DNA from: the human T2T-CHM13v2.0 reference genome, Homo sapiens
Reading direction: 5' to 3' (one strand)
Assembly (NCBI RefSeq): GCF_009914755.1
Contig: NC_060926.1
Length of the DNA stretch: 64,000 nucleotides
Position 1 is the stretch's first letter. Each line of letters begins with the position of its first letter. Positions 13,410-27,176 of this stretch are shown here, one piece after another. The position numbers were made by a program, and so were the translations under genes. A model generated the notes under the pieces. It made no database searches, was not told where the DNA came from, and worked only from the letters and a program-made list of their open reading frames with translations.

Positions 13410-14110
13410 ACAACTAGAAAGCAACATAAGTGAGATAACATGCTCACGCTGGTGGGATCACTGATTTTACCATGGATCCAACATGCAGAAGCAACTGGAC
13501 AGATAGAATGGTGACAAAGCTGGGTGAAGACAAAGCCTTCATGCCTTGTATTGTGACCTACAAGTTTTAGTTTATATCCTTAAAAAAATCTGAACACTTT
13601 GTCCCATGGCCAGAAGAAGATATGTGTCCTGGAAACAAGGGTGGAACTGGAAGTGACCTGTATAACTTGTGATTCTCATCTATGCATCTTTCGGCTCAAG
13701 TTGGTTGTGAATAGTAGTTTTCAAGGGAGTTGTGCTTTTACTGAGGGACACAACTATCACCAAATCAAATTGGAAATTGAGGCTTCCATCAGGCCAAGTG
13801 AAGTGCCTTCTCATCCTGAACCAATAGACAAAGAAGAGACTACTGTACTATCTGGGATGATGGATCCCAACCATTAAGGGGAATTATGATTTCTGCTCCA
13901 CAGCAGGAACAAGAAAAAGTATACGTCTAGAACCCAAAGGATGCTTTCAGGCACCCCTAATTACTTGCTCAGACCTTTGTGAATGAAGATCTTGTTCACC
14001 CAACAAGTGAAGAACCATTAATAGTGGCATTCATACTGAGGGGAAGAAACAGAATGAGTCATGGCAGAAAAAAAGCCATTTGCAAGGTATTTATGGCATT
14101 GAGTAATGGC
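13410..14110 (+). mobile_element. ERVL-class internal sequence, continuation of integrase and downstream region (decayed)
   Basis: GGGATCACTGATTTTACCATGGATCCAACATGCAGAAGCAACTGGACAGATAGAATGG resembles the coding sequence for the ERVL 'HW.YH...HPEAAGLIERW' segment. Confidence 0.5.
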
Positions 14111-14185
14111 ACTGGGTATTTTCCATTACCCAAGAACGCAGTAGCTAAATATATCTATCATCTGTCATCCATTCATCTATCTACA

Positions 14186-14186
14186 T

Positions 14187-14219
<33 letters not shown>

Positions 14220-14229
14220 CACACACACA
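14186..14229. repeat. (CA)n microsatellite
   Basis: About 22 CA units with one CG interruption. Confidence 0.95.
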
Positions 14230-16070
14230 ATTTTCCTGCTTTCCCTCTCCCTCTCCGTTTCTCCATTAATAGTTTATACAAGGTGTTATACTGATCTTTA
14301 AGTTACATATTGTGACTGATCAAGTAAAGACGTAAGCATCACTCAAAAATGGATGGGGTTACTTACAGCAATTTTTTTTTCATTTTCATTTCTGTGGATC
14401 TCTATTTGTGTGATGAACAGTTGCACCATGTTGTTTTGACAATTTAGATATGCGCATAAGAGTGTATAAAGAAGTCAGGAAGTTAAGCATGGACCAGACT
14501 AGACCAGATTGATGCCCAGTATCATCCCTACCTTTCTAAGCTTTTCTGTTGCCCCCAGGATTTTTATAAATGTTACATTTCTGGACAGCTCATATCTAAG
14601 CCTATTATTACATTTCTAAGATTCTCTTAAAGAAATGGCCCCTAGCGAGAGTCAGTGGCACAATAGTTGAAAGACAGAAAAGAATCTCTTACCTGTTGCA
14701 ATTGTTGTCAGGGGATTAGGCAAAGGCAAATAGTAAGCCAGTTTTCTTTCTGAGACACCCCAACATCTGCAAGAAGCTGGGATCATTCATGGTGGCATCC
14801 TTCTGATTTCTATATTTACTGATTCCCCAAAGGCTGGCAGTGGCCTCAACGAATTTTGTTTTTAACCTTTCCAGCTATTCTCTAAGTCTTGTATTCATAT
14901 CTTTGGATGGAGAGATGACAGAAATGGGGTGTGATATGGGCTTTTCACGTTCTGATACCGTTCAATTTTTTAATCTGGGTGCTGCAGAGATAAGTGTGTT
15001 CACATTAAGAAAATCCATTGAGCTGTACAGTTACAATATGTATGCTGTACAGTTACAATATGTATACTGTATGAATATATATTATACTTCAATTAAAAGT
15101 TATTAGCACAATTTCTGCTCAAAAGACAGAATAACTTCTATCATTCTAGCTGATATCTGACTGATACACAAATATAAATCAATACATGTGAACTATATTA
15201 TTGCTTCAAATCTCTTCCATGAGCCTTTCTACATAAATTTAGTCACCTGTATTCTGTGAAGTATGACAAGCTTTGCTTTTTCTGTGGAAGTTGCCTGAAG
15301 ACATACACTTTCTCTTTCTTTAGCACTTTTGTGAAAGTATTTACCATTTCTGACTTTTTAACCTTTATTCTCATGTTAGTATTCATTACACAGTCCCCAA
15401 AATTTTACTGTCTCCAGCATGAGCTGACAGTAATGTTGAGATCCTCATCCTGATTTTCCTGGTGGAGGTGGATATTCAATATATCTCATACACTGTGAAA
15501 TAGGTTACAACACCCTCACTGAGAAGATGAGGGATATGATAATATTAAAGGAAGATGTAAAATTAATATTCATCTGCACAAAAAGTAAACTTTATTCAAG
15601 GTTGAGGATATTCTTCATAATGATTTAAGTTTCTGGGAAATAAGTCATTTCTTCATTATTGGTACAAAGTTCTGCAGCCCTATAAAGAGTGGTCCCATGA
15701 CCCAATCTTTTTTATGAGATAATTAACATATAAGTCAGAAGGTTTTATCCTTGCCTCCTCATTCTCTAAGGTTTTTGAACCAGTAGAGCCATCCTGGCTT
15801 ACTCATTGATTGTGTAGCATTGCCATGAAGTGGAAAGGTCAGTCAGCTCCTGTTCACTAATCTTTGAAGTTTATTACTCTTTGGAAATCTATGTTTATAA
15901 AGACATTTTCTTCCATTATAAGCCTTCTTCATCTGTACTGTATACATCACCTAACTCATAAATCTTCTCTTCCATAGTCTTGTTCAGCTTGAGAGGAAAT
16001 ATTTCTGCAATAATCAGTGATCAATAATAAGTGATCTAATCTGTAACTTCAATGCAGAAAACTCATTCTT

Positions 16071-16372
16071 GGCTGGGTTCTATGGCTCATGCCTGTAATC
16101 CCAACACTTTGCAAGGCCTACGTGGGTGGATCACTTGAGCCCAGGAGTTCAAGACCACCCTGGGCAACATAGTTAGACCCCGTATCTACTAAAAATATAA
16201 ACATTAGCCGGGCGTGGTGATGCATGCCTGTAGTCGGGATGCTGAGGCTGGTGGATCATTTGAGCTCAGGAAGCAGAGGTGGCAGTGAGCCAAGATCATG
16301 CCACTGTACTCCAGTCTGGGTGACAGACTGAGACTGTCAAAAAAAAAAAAAAAGAGAAAGAAAGAAAAAAAG
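16071..16372 (+). mobile_element. AluJ
   Basis: GGATCACTTGAGCCCAGGAGTTC (J-type), A-rich tail, and TSD-like GAAAACTCATTCTT / GAAAACTTTTCTT. About 10 bp are missing after TGTAGTC. Confidence 0.9.
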
Positions 16373-16407
16373 GGAAAACTTTTCTTACCATAATTACAAT
16401 CATTTAA

Positions 16408-16812
<405 letters not shown>

Positions 16813-19019
16813 ACACCTTTATTTTTAAAAGTCAACTATAATTTCCATTTTGACTAAACCTTTTATTCTTCCTGCCTGGAGCCATTGGTGAAAGATTTTA
16901 TCCCTAATCTTTTTCCATATTTCCTACAGGAAAGAATAAATGGTGAAAGCCGGACTGTTAAGGTTCACAGCCTGTCTCTGCCACTTAATTGGTTACATTT
17001 ATTAGTTAATATATTTAAGCCACACTTTTCTTAGCTTTCTGACAGATTTTCATTTTCTGGCTTAGAACAGTCACTGCTTTAGACCTTTTTGCTTTCCGTA
17101 TTAGCCAATTTCTCTTGGGGACTATTTCTTACTGATAGACTTATCACTTCAAAAGAGTTCATTGGATGTCCAGCATCAAATACAGAACAACGGAATCATC
17201 CTAAAATGGATAGGCTATGTGGCCTGCTAGTTTCAGTTACCAGCTAAGAGACCTGTCCCGCTACAGGCCTCAGAGTGTACGTAATTCAAAGGCATAATTC
17301 AAGAAAATGATCTATACATACATGTTACCTTCAGACTTACAATTTCATTGTCATGAACACAGAGGTTCAATTCATTTCTGTAAGTCTACTATAATTCTAG
17401 ATTTTAAGGTAGATCTTATTTTTAATTTTCCTAAAAGGAATGTAAATTCATAAACATATTCATGTAATTTTTCAAATATTGCAGAAAGCTAAAAAAGGAA
17501 AAATAAAAGAAAATAACTTCTTCCAGAAATGTTTATGCATGATGTATTTTAATATTATATATGTATGATGCATGTAGGTGTGTGTATATATGTATATAGA
17601 AACATATTATGTATGTGTATGTGTATGTGTGTATATATATATACATTATTGAAAGCCTATGAGAAAATTGCAAAAATAAACTGCTGAAATCATAGCTTCT
17701 TGAGAAAATACACAGGCACTAATGAAAATTATAAGTGTTCATTTGGGTGAGCCTCTAAAGAAAGAAATAATTTACTGAAATAAATTTACAGTATGTCATC
17801 ATATCTATTTAAGGAAGTATTTAATATAGGTGAAATTATTATAATCTCAGAAGAACTTGTGTTCTCCTTTCTCTTCCTGTGCCAACTGTCTGGACAAATG
17901 AGCCACCTTTATCCTCAAATAAGATGATTTGCAACATTCGTTTAAATTTAAATATAACATTTCCTTCCTTGAAGTAGATTCAAAAGAAAGAAAGGACTCA
18001 GGGATTTTTAAGCAAGATGGTTGACTTTGTCTGGCTTTGTGTCTGACTAACTCAAATCTAGATTATATGCCCCATCCCAGGGGCTGTTGTCAATTTCAAA
18101 GATAAAAGATCTGTTTGGAGGATAAAAACAATTTGGATAATGTTAAAAATGCACAGCCTTCCTTCCAAACCCTACTTATTTGCTGTATTTAATTATTATT
18201 AATTTTTATGAAGAACAGGTGAAATGTAATTTTTCGTATTTTGTTCCTCTTATGCACATTAGTCTCCTATATAAGGGTCTTAGGATGCCATTAGGAGATT
18301 CTGATTGGATCACTGAAGTATAACATTTTGAAAATAAAAGACTGGTCACTGCTCCAAAATGGCATAGCTCCCACAATTTTTATAGGTGGAAAGCCTGGAC
18401 AAAATGTGTATTTCCTTTTCAAAACTCCATATTACATACACAAAAATTTATCAACACAAAAAATATCAAATGCTTTCTTTAACTTCTATGTATAATAAGG
18501 CATCTAGAAAAGGACATGAAAAAATGCTGGAGAAAGATAAACCTAGATTATTAATATGATACAGTGTAAGCAAAATATAGATGGGTAACAAGACTCAGTG
18601 TTGAGTATGAATCTCTGGATCTGGATCTTTGGTGGACAGTGGTAAAGGCAAGTTTGAGACATTGAATAGGACATAAACTTAGAAGACTGGTGGATGTGTC
18701 AACCCTGACTGGAATATGACTGAGTACAAAGAAGGAAACTAAGAATAGGTATCTCTTGGGACTTGGTTTAGGATAATGAGCAGTGAGGAGAATGGGGAAA
18801 TAAGTAGGTGTAAAGTGTTTCAGGATAGAGCTCACTCGTTTTGGATGATGACTACACAGAATTCTCAGGCATAGATCTTGATAAATAGCTCTCAAATAAA
18901 TAAAATTTGGTATGTAAATTCAATAGAATGATCTGTTTAGGTGCTGGTGAAGCATACTTGTCTATTTCATCTATCTATTAATTTACTCATCTCTTAATTA
19001 ATTTTGATAATATTATATG

Positions 19020-19650
19020 TTTAATGCCATAACTTCTATGTATGAATCCTGCAAATACAGAGGAAAAAACCCAAGCACATATGAGCTTATAGACAAAAAC
19101 CATTAGTAATATGCCATTATATAATTATCAATTATTATATGTAATAGAAAAGAAAATAATTGTATGCTATGAGATGCTATAATAGGGTATAGAAATTTAG
19201 AGTAAGGTATCAGGGAGGGCTTATTGGAGGAAGGGTCATTGAAACTGAGATTTGGGGATGTAACTGTCCACGAAATATTTTGGGAGAAGAGGTTTACAGG
19301 TAAAGAGAACTACAGGTCCAAAGCCACTGAGTCAGGAAAAGGCTTGCAAACTTTTCAGAAACAAAAGTTCAGTGAGGCATTTGTATTGTGAGTAACAGTG
19401 AGGTAGATCAACTGGGAAGAACCTTGTAGATTATCTTTAAAATGGTACATTTTATCCTGTGTGCAAGTAAAAATCACGTGTAGTTTTAGAAATGAAAGTG
19501 CTGTGATCTGATTTATGTTTTATTGATATGCTCTGGCTGCTCTAAGCTGAATAGATGGATATTAGAGGTCAAGAGTAGAAATGCAATAGCAGATGTCTAG
19601 AGTTGATGTTGGCAAGGATGAGGATAGTATCAATGGGAAACAGAGGTAAA
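19020..19650 (-). mobile_element. L2 LINE relic
   Basis: CAGGGAGGGCTTATTGGAGGAAGGGTCATTGAAACTGAGAT and GTGATCTGATTTATGTTTTATTGATATGCTCTGGCTGCT are L2-like. Boundaries approximate. Confidence 0.55.
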
Positions 19651-22600
19651 TAGACAGATTCCATGGCATGTCAGGCTGCTAAAAGCATTAGAAAAGCCTT
19701 CAGACCCATGGGGCCAGGAATGAGATGGGCCTGCCTGGCAGGCTGGGCAGCAACAGCTATGGCGACTGGCTAGAAGACATAGTTAATTTTACATCATGTT
19801 GCGATCTAAGAAATAAAGGAAATAATGGCTCTCTACATTGCCAACACCTATCTATGCCAGAAGAACAGCTGGCATCTGTCTAGCCTTAACTTTATGAATT
19901 CTAGCTAAATACTTGAAATCATAGCATTAGTAATCTAGTTTAGTTAAATCATTGATCACTGGTAAATTAGAATGCTGACAGCCAGTCTGGGAACCTATCC
20001 ACATTTATAAAGTTGTTTCTTTGGAGAAAAGAGCATGGCACATTGAAAGAAACAGGGCCCATATGAGGTAGAAAGGTGTCGAGAAGAATCCACTATGCAG
20101 TTAGAGAAAGAGAAGATCCAAATGGAGCTGTTCTATCACAGATGAATGTGAATTGCAAACAAATGACTTAAACATTTTATAAAAACATTTTAAATTAAAA
20201 ACATTTTTAACGATGTCATTTAAGATTTATTTCTAATTTTACAACAGAGAAGAAACTCTTGCAAATATCAGATAGAAAAATTCTGATATAATTAAAGTTT
20301 GAGAGAAGAATTTAAAAAAAGGGTAAGGGTGAGAATTAGGGATAAGACAAGAGACCACCTTGAACAGATATCAATTCCATAGTTAGTAGTTGAAAATCTA
20401 GATTATTCTTATTAAAATCAGGACAACATAAGAATGCAAGCTATCTCATGAAAATTAGCATCACTCTATAAATAGTAGTTACTTTAATATCAGAGAAAAA
20501 TGATTTAAATATACAAAAGTAGAAAAGTTGGTACTTATCCTAATTGTATATCTCTCCATCTGAAAATCCAAAAGAATTGCCTGATTATGAAAACAAAAAA
20601 GGATTGAGTAAAGTGGCTAGTTAAAAATTAATACAGCTTTAAAAAATATAGCAAAGACAAGTGTAAAATATATTATTTATTCATTCAGCCATACATCCAA
20701 AATGTCAAAGTAACTTAAAAAATATTTTTGTTTGTACATATAAAATGTCCATATTATATTGTTTCCTAAAAACTCAAGTAAATTTAATATGATATTTTTG
20801 AAAAATAAGCATAATTCAAAGAAGTTTTATGTGTCCTGAAATGTCTAATAGACCCCATATTAAAATTTTTAATAGTTTCTCTTTCTGATGAATGTAATGA
20901 AGAGTTGTGTGAGGAGTTATTATATCTTATAAAATTATCCATTGTTTTCCCACAGCTATATGTCCCATTTATTTAAAAATGCTTGAAAAATCAAACTACT
21001 ACTTAATATTCTTCTCAGGGCATTATATTTTTGATAAAAGAATGTTACACATTTTAATTACATTTTAAACAAATTTCAGATTTTCTAATACAATGTAAAA
21101 AATACCACTTGCCTGTGTAAAAAGGGAAATATGAGTTTTGCTTCTTGAATTTTCCACCATATCTACTTTAAGAATTCAAATCCAATATGCATTTTTTCAA
21201 ACTTCTATGAAAAAAGTTATTATTTTGCTGCAATTATTGATATAATATTTATAGTCTTTACAAAACAACATTTTAAATGTTTTTAAAAATTATGGGAAAT
21301 GTTCAGCTATTCTGTGGAAAAACATGATATAAACACAGAAAGAGAAATAGTTGGCTGCCTCTATAGGTCTTCCCATTTCTACAACAGACAATATAATATC
21401 GATTGCCCAAATTAGTTACATTATTTTTTAATTTATCTATGAGTAAAAGACTGAAATTGCTTCAGATAAATGAGTCTATGTCATAGTGATCTATACAAAA
21501 ATATCTGCAAGCTTTAGAACTATCAAAACATTTGCAAGTCTATGGTCACCAAAAGGATTTTGATTTGTAGATGTATATACCTTCAACTAAATTACCTCGC
21601 TTAACTGAACATAATGTAATGATAGTAATTTTCATTGCCTCTCACTTTGCCTTTTTTTTTTCTAACTTGCATTGCACTAACTCTTAGTTCAATTGTTGTG
21701 GCTTCAGAATCAGCTAAACAATAAAAACTACACATTTCTATGAAATGGGGGCAGAAACTTCAATTCAGAATTCCATATTATTTAAATAAAGAAATAATCC
21801 TAAAAAACTGTTTAGCTATTGTCGGTAGATAAAATTTAATCCAATCTGTCTTTTTGACCATTAGATAATAGGTATTTTTCATAATATTGGTTCTTAAACA
21901 AGATAAGATTCCCAAACTATCTTCGCATACATCTTATAAATGATTGAATCCATATAAATTAAGAGACTGGTAAAAGAGAAGAATAAAAATATACTATTCC
22001 CTGGTTGGTGTAGACGAAAAAAGAGAGCAGAATTAGACAAGGTTTTTGCATAATGGTCACACTCCTCAAATCTAATAATACATATTGTTAACACTTAGTC
22101 TGTAGAAAACAAAACTTTAATTCAGGTTAATATTTATTAGTCATAAATAAACTAATAAATATAACAGGACCCTTCTATCACATACTACTGCTGTGATCTT
22201 CAGCAAAAAATTTTACCTCTCTCAATTTCAGCTCCTTCACTTTGTAAAAATGTGGATAATGGCATTTCTTTTATAGAGCATGGGATGATTAAACATGATC
22301 AAGCACATGAAAAGTTTAACCAATCAACTGTCAGACCAAAGATGGAGGAAAATGCAATAAATGAAGTTTCCTTGCTCACTCATGAGGGTATTGAGTGATG
22401 GAGGACTTAATGCAATTTTACATTCCCAGAAGAAAATGTATACCCAATGAAGAAAATGTGAATAAGTATATTTCTGGAGGGAAAGGGAATGAATTAGAAC
22501 CTCATGTTCAGGCAGAATCTTTTACACAGTGTTTTTAGAAGTAGGTAGCTATTAGATTGATTGTTTGGCAGATAGGTCAGAAACAAACTTGCCAAACAAA

Positions 22601-22761
22601 GATTAAAGGTTTTTTTTTTTTTTTAAATCCCCAAATCACTTAAGTCAAATATCATTTGGCCCTACAAATTGCACCTAAAACCAAAAAGACATTGGCTGCC
22701 TAAGTATTCAGTGTATTTCTGTTTTCTCTCAATCTTTTATGCCTAACCATGCATATTTTAA

Positions 22762-22909
22762 AAATTTGTATATATGCATGATGTCCAAGTGCAATTTTGC
22801 TACATTGATATATTTTGTTGTGGTAATGTTAGGGCCTTCAGTGCATCCATCACTGGAGCAACATACATTGTAACCACCAAGTAACCTCCCATAATGCAAA
22901 GCCCACCCC
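22762..22909 (-). mobile_element. Short L1 (L1PB/L1MA-like) 3'-end fragment
   Basis: AAGTGCAATTTTGCTACATTGATATATT...GGGCCTTCAGTGCATCCATCACTGGAGCAACATACATTGTAACC, flanked by ATTTTTAA on both sides (possible TSD). Confidence 0.6.
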
Positions 22910-25900
22910 TATTTTTAAGCTGACTTATTATAATTATCAAACTTGAAATTCTTAGGGCTTTTCTTAAATGAAAAGATAAACAGATCAACCGATTAATATT
23001 TAAAATTGCTTTTTGATATGGTCAGAACTGCAGGGGAAATTTATCATCTTTGACAGATAGTAAAGAAAGAATACAATCAGTAATGATATGAAAAAGCAGA
23101 ATTTTTTCTCGAAAGACATTGGGAAAAAGAGGTAAAGGATTCTCTAAAATTGAGGCAGCCAAAAAGGAATGAGAGAAGAGACTTACAGAAGGGGACAATA
23201 AAGGACAAGGAAACAAGAAAGAATACCAGAAAAACAAAAGTCTGTCTGACATGGCTGCCTGCAGCCTGAGCAGGGGACAGGGAGGGTTAAGGTAAGGACA
23301 GAGCAAAAGGCACAGAAGAACGCATCAAGTGACTCTTGGAATTACCCTGGCCCCAGTGAAACCCAAAGCCAAGTGATAGAGCAGGTGTATTTAAGGTAGT
23401 CCAGAGAACTTAAAAAAATGGAGAAGGAACTGGATATCAAAACATTTTGTGATGCTGTAATGAGATCTCTGCCTTAGTGGATACATGCCCTAAGGGATAC
23501 AATGCAAGTCCTGTTATCTGAAACAGGTTGAATTAAAGAGGAAAATCTACCTGAATCCCCTGTGAGAAAACACTTATAAGATCACATCATTTATATCATG
23601 GTTACAATTTTTGCAAATTCTGTGTTTTGTTTTATGACTCAGTAACCCACTAAACAGAGGTACTTGAAATTAATTAGAGGCAAGGTATTTGTTTGCATAT
23701 AATTGTGTTTTGTTTGTTTGTTTGTTTTTAGTCTGTAAGACCTGATGATTCCACAGTTTCTTTGTCTAAATCTAGCCAGCTGTGGATTCAGAAATCCCTC
23801 AGATAACTGGACCATCCAGTTGGGGCATTTACATAGCTTGCATAAAGCACCTGGGTAATTGGCCCTTTTGCATCAGACAACTTAAGGAAAAGGAGTAAAA
23901 ACAGGAAATAGATACCCTTGGCTGCCTCCCATAGTGACTAGATTTTTGCTGCTGTCTGCCTAGCGTGCTGTTAGTTTGTGTTCCCTGTCATACTAAATCA
24001 GAAAATGTTTGCCACTCACCATGAAACATTTTATTTAGGAATGCGGATTTGTGCAGTTTGGCATTAACAAAAAGAACCATTGTTAGCAAATAGCCTAATA
24101 TTTTTCAAGAGGGGAAAGAAATAGAACAAAGCACCTAAGCAGCCTCGATTTTTCTTTGCAAACTGAAGCTATCATGTTTTATTTTGATAAATGATGCTAA
24201 TGAGGCTTGGGGACTTTTACAGGTGTATAATTCCTCATTTCACTACACGATTGTTTCTATTTTCCGTTGAAGCACCCGATGCTTTTGAACACAGTTTGTT
24301 GGCCTACTTTCCCTCATCATCGTTTTTGGCATCATATATTTAGAAATTGAATAATCAAAGGTAAAACTACCCCCAAATTCTCTTTTATCCCATAGTGCCT
24401 CTCATCATTAATTTTACTGTTGCAGAGAGTTAGTGAAGCCAGCGAATTTGTTTTTCCCTAGACAGCCAAAACGGATGTGAACTGGTTCCTTTTATATTAG
24501 ATTCCATGTTTTTGGGGTGGATCTCCTACACTGGCTTACTGGAAGAAATGGAAGATTTGAAAAAAATATATAATAGGTAATTATATCCTATCAGTGTCAT
24601 TTGGTCATGATGAATGTTACTTCTTGAAACTGCACAATTTACCAGGTTGTGACAGAGACATTTTACAAGGTCCTATTAGTAAATCAATCTGCAGAGTTGG
24701 AATACATAACATCTAGGAGTACCATCAACATAGTCTTGACCTTAAAAGTTAGTTGCCTTACAGGAAGTCACGGCTTGCCCCAATCTTATCCTCTTCATCT
24801 TGAAGAGTCAGGGACTGGATCAGTAAAGGTTAGATTTAACTAACTCTCCATAGTCAGGGATTTTTCCAAAAAGTAACCAAAAGTATGGACTTGGAGTGAG
24901 GTAGGGGTTGGTTCCTTTTCCTTTGGTGTTTGCACCTCTTGGTCCAACGGAAAATGACCTTCACAATACTCACAAGTTAACGGCTACTCACTAGGGCCAC
25001 AACTGATCTCTTAAATGTGCATCTTTATGTTATTTATGAGGGACTATAGAAATATCTCCACTAATTTTAAAAATTCAAATAGTTAACATCATTAAAATGG
25101 TGAAAACACCCATATTTTCTTTCCTGCCCTCTGTCACCAAAGAAAAACATTTGGAATATATCCTTTCAGAAATGTTTTAAGGCATACATCAACATTCTGC
25201 TATAAATAGCACCATAATGGCCAACTTCTAAGCCATATTTAGGGTAATAATCTACTCAGCCTTTCCTTGATCTTCTAATAGATTTATTTTATGACTGTCA
25301 AATTTTCTCATTCCAAATAGAAATAAGATTACCCTGTCAACAAATATACAGCCTATGTAGGCTGCTGCAATGAAGTGTAGACTGTTACTTTTCAACTACA
25401 TTCTAACATAGATTATATGCAGCCTCAGGGGTAAGACTGAAAAGTATAGTGATAGAATGTTGTCTCTATTATATTACCTGTGCCATGGCTTATTTTGTTT
25501 ATCTGTATAAGATTAGGGACAATTTGATATATAAAGTGAAATTTCTTATTAGATCCTTTAGTAGCAGCATTTTACAGAATCACAGAACAAGAAAGAATTT
25601 CAACAATCATGTAATACAACCTCTTCCTTTTGCAAATATGAATGCTGAGATGCAGAGAAGTAAAGAGACTTGTCCAAGGTTCAGTAGTGACTGATCTGAG
25701 GTCAGCACACACAGCCCAGGTTATGTCCAATTACATGCTATTGTCTGAGATGAGTTAACAACTTTTGAAACCAATCTTTGGCTATAGTATTTTCTGTATT
25801 TTTTTTTGTGAACCTGCTTTTTCCTCTTTTATTTCTAAATTAAGGCTCCATAAATTTACTTTATTTCCATAGCAGCTCTTGCCATCATGCGAAAGATCAA

Positions 25901-26997
25901 GTTCTTCCTACAACAGATCTTAGATTGTTAATGGTAAATCTTTTCTACAAATCCTATGAAATTGCATTTCTACTATGCTAATTCCCTTGCTGGCATACTA
26001 GTATTAGTTCATTCTAATCCTATACTTGTCTCTTATTTTTATAATTCTACCAACTCCCCTTTGTCCCATTGTCCAAATGGTACATGAAATTAGCTCACAG
26101 GTTTTATGAAATTCATTTCTTCACAAATTCAACGACTTTAACTTTCTTCAAAAATCTTTATTATCTAATATTTGCCAAGCAACAAATGTATGTCATTTTA
26201 GGAAATGCAATTCTACTTGATAGCCATTTTCTTAATGTCTCCATATGTTTCTAGCTTCAGACACCACATGAAGTGGCATTCTTTATTTAAACAGACATCA
26301 GCACTTAAATGATAATGCTTGGTGTTTTTCTATGTAGAGGTCACAAGAAAGAAAACTTTTAAAGACCTCATGAAAGGTTCCAGAATATCCTGAGAGGATT
26401 TAAAATTATTAAAGCTTTCTTCTCCAACTGTGGGAACTGGGTGACATTATTGGGCTGAGGTCACTTTGAATAGGGACTCCAAGAAAGAGCTCGGTATACT
26501 ATTGTTCTACCAAGTAAGACCTTGGCATTTTGTTTCTCAGACTGTTAAAAGATCTACTCTAAAAAGACTGGAAAGTAAAGGCATCTATATTTTATTATTG
26601 TCTGTCACAGACCTTTTCTTCCAGACCTGGCTATATTTTTGTACTGTTTGCTAACAAATGATGGAGGCCCAAAGTGTAATAAAGAATGACGGAATGTAAA
26701 TCTCTGTTTTTCTTATCTCTTGCCTTTAATCATGAATATTTTATCCACATATAATGTCACAATTGATATGCTCAAGGCAGCTGCAGACACCAAACCCCTT
26801 TCCAGACAATTGTACTAAATTGCAAATAACTTGATAACAGTTGTTTTTGTCCTTAACCATATTAATTTTAATTTCTCAGCTGTGCATCCTGATTCTCTGT
26901 AACTGCTTTTAAAAACTTAAATTTTGGCAGTGATTTTGAGTTCTGTCCCTTAATTAATAAAAGTGTTTATCATTCAGTTAGTCATCAGCATACACTT

Positions 26998-27176
26998 CTG
27001 ATTTTGAACCTTCAAAACTCATCAAGTAATTCCTCTCCCCAGTCCTAACGCAAGTAACAAACTGGTTGGTTTCATCTATATTAGATGGGATTTGGATAGT
27101 TTTGGCTTTCTTTAGGAACAACTCTGTCTTTGTCTGCTTGGCTCCAGCATCAGTTATCTCCAACAGATTCAAGATG
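26998..27176 (+). repeat. 179-bp direct repeat, copy 1 (embedded in unique sequence)
   Basis: Base-by-base identical to 29242-29420. Confidence 0.97.

Noticed and set aside
15022-15070. 22-bp tandem duplication GCTGTACAGTTACAATATGTAT (similar small duplications near 30377, 42733 and 49678)
   Set aside because: Ordinary replication-slippage duplications with no further structure.
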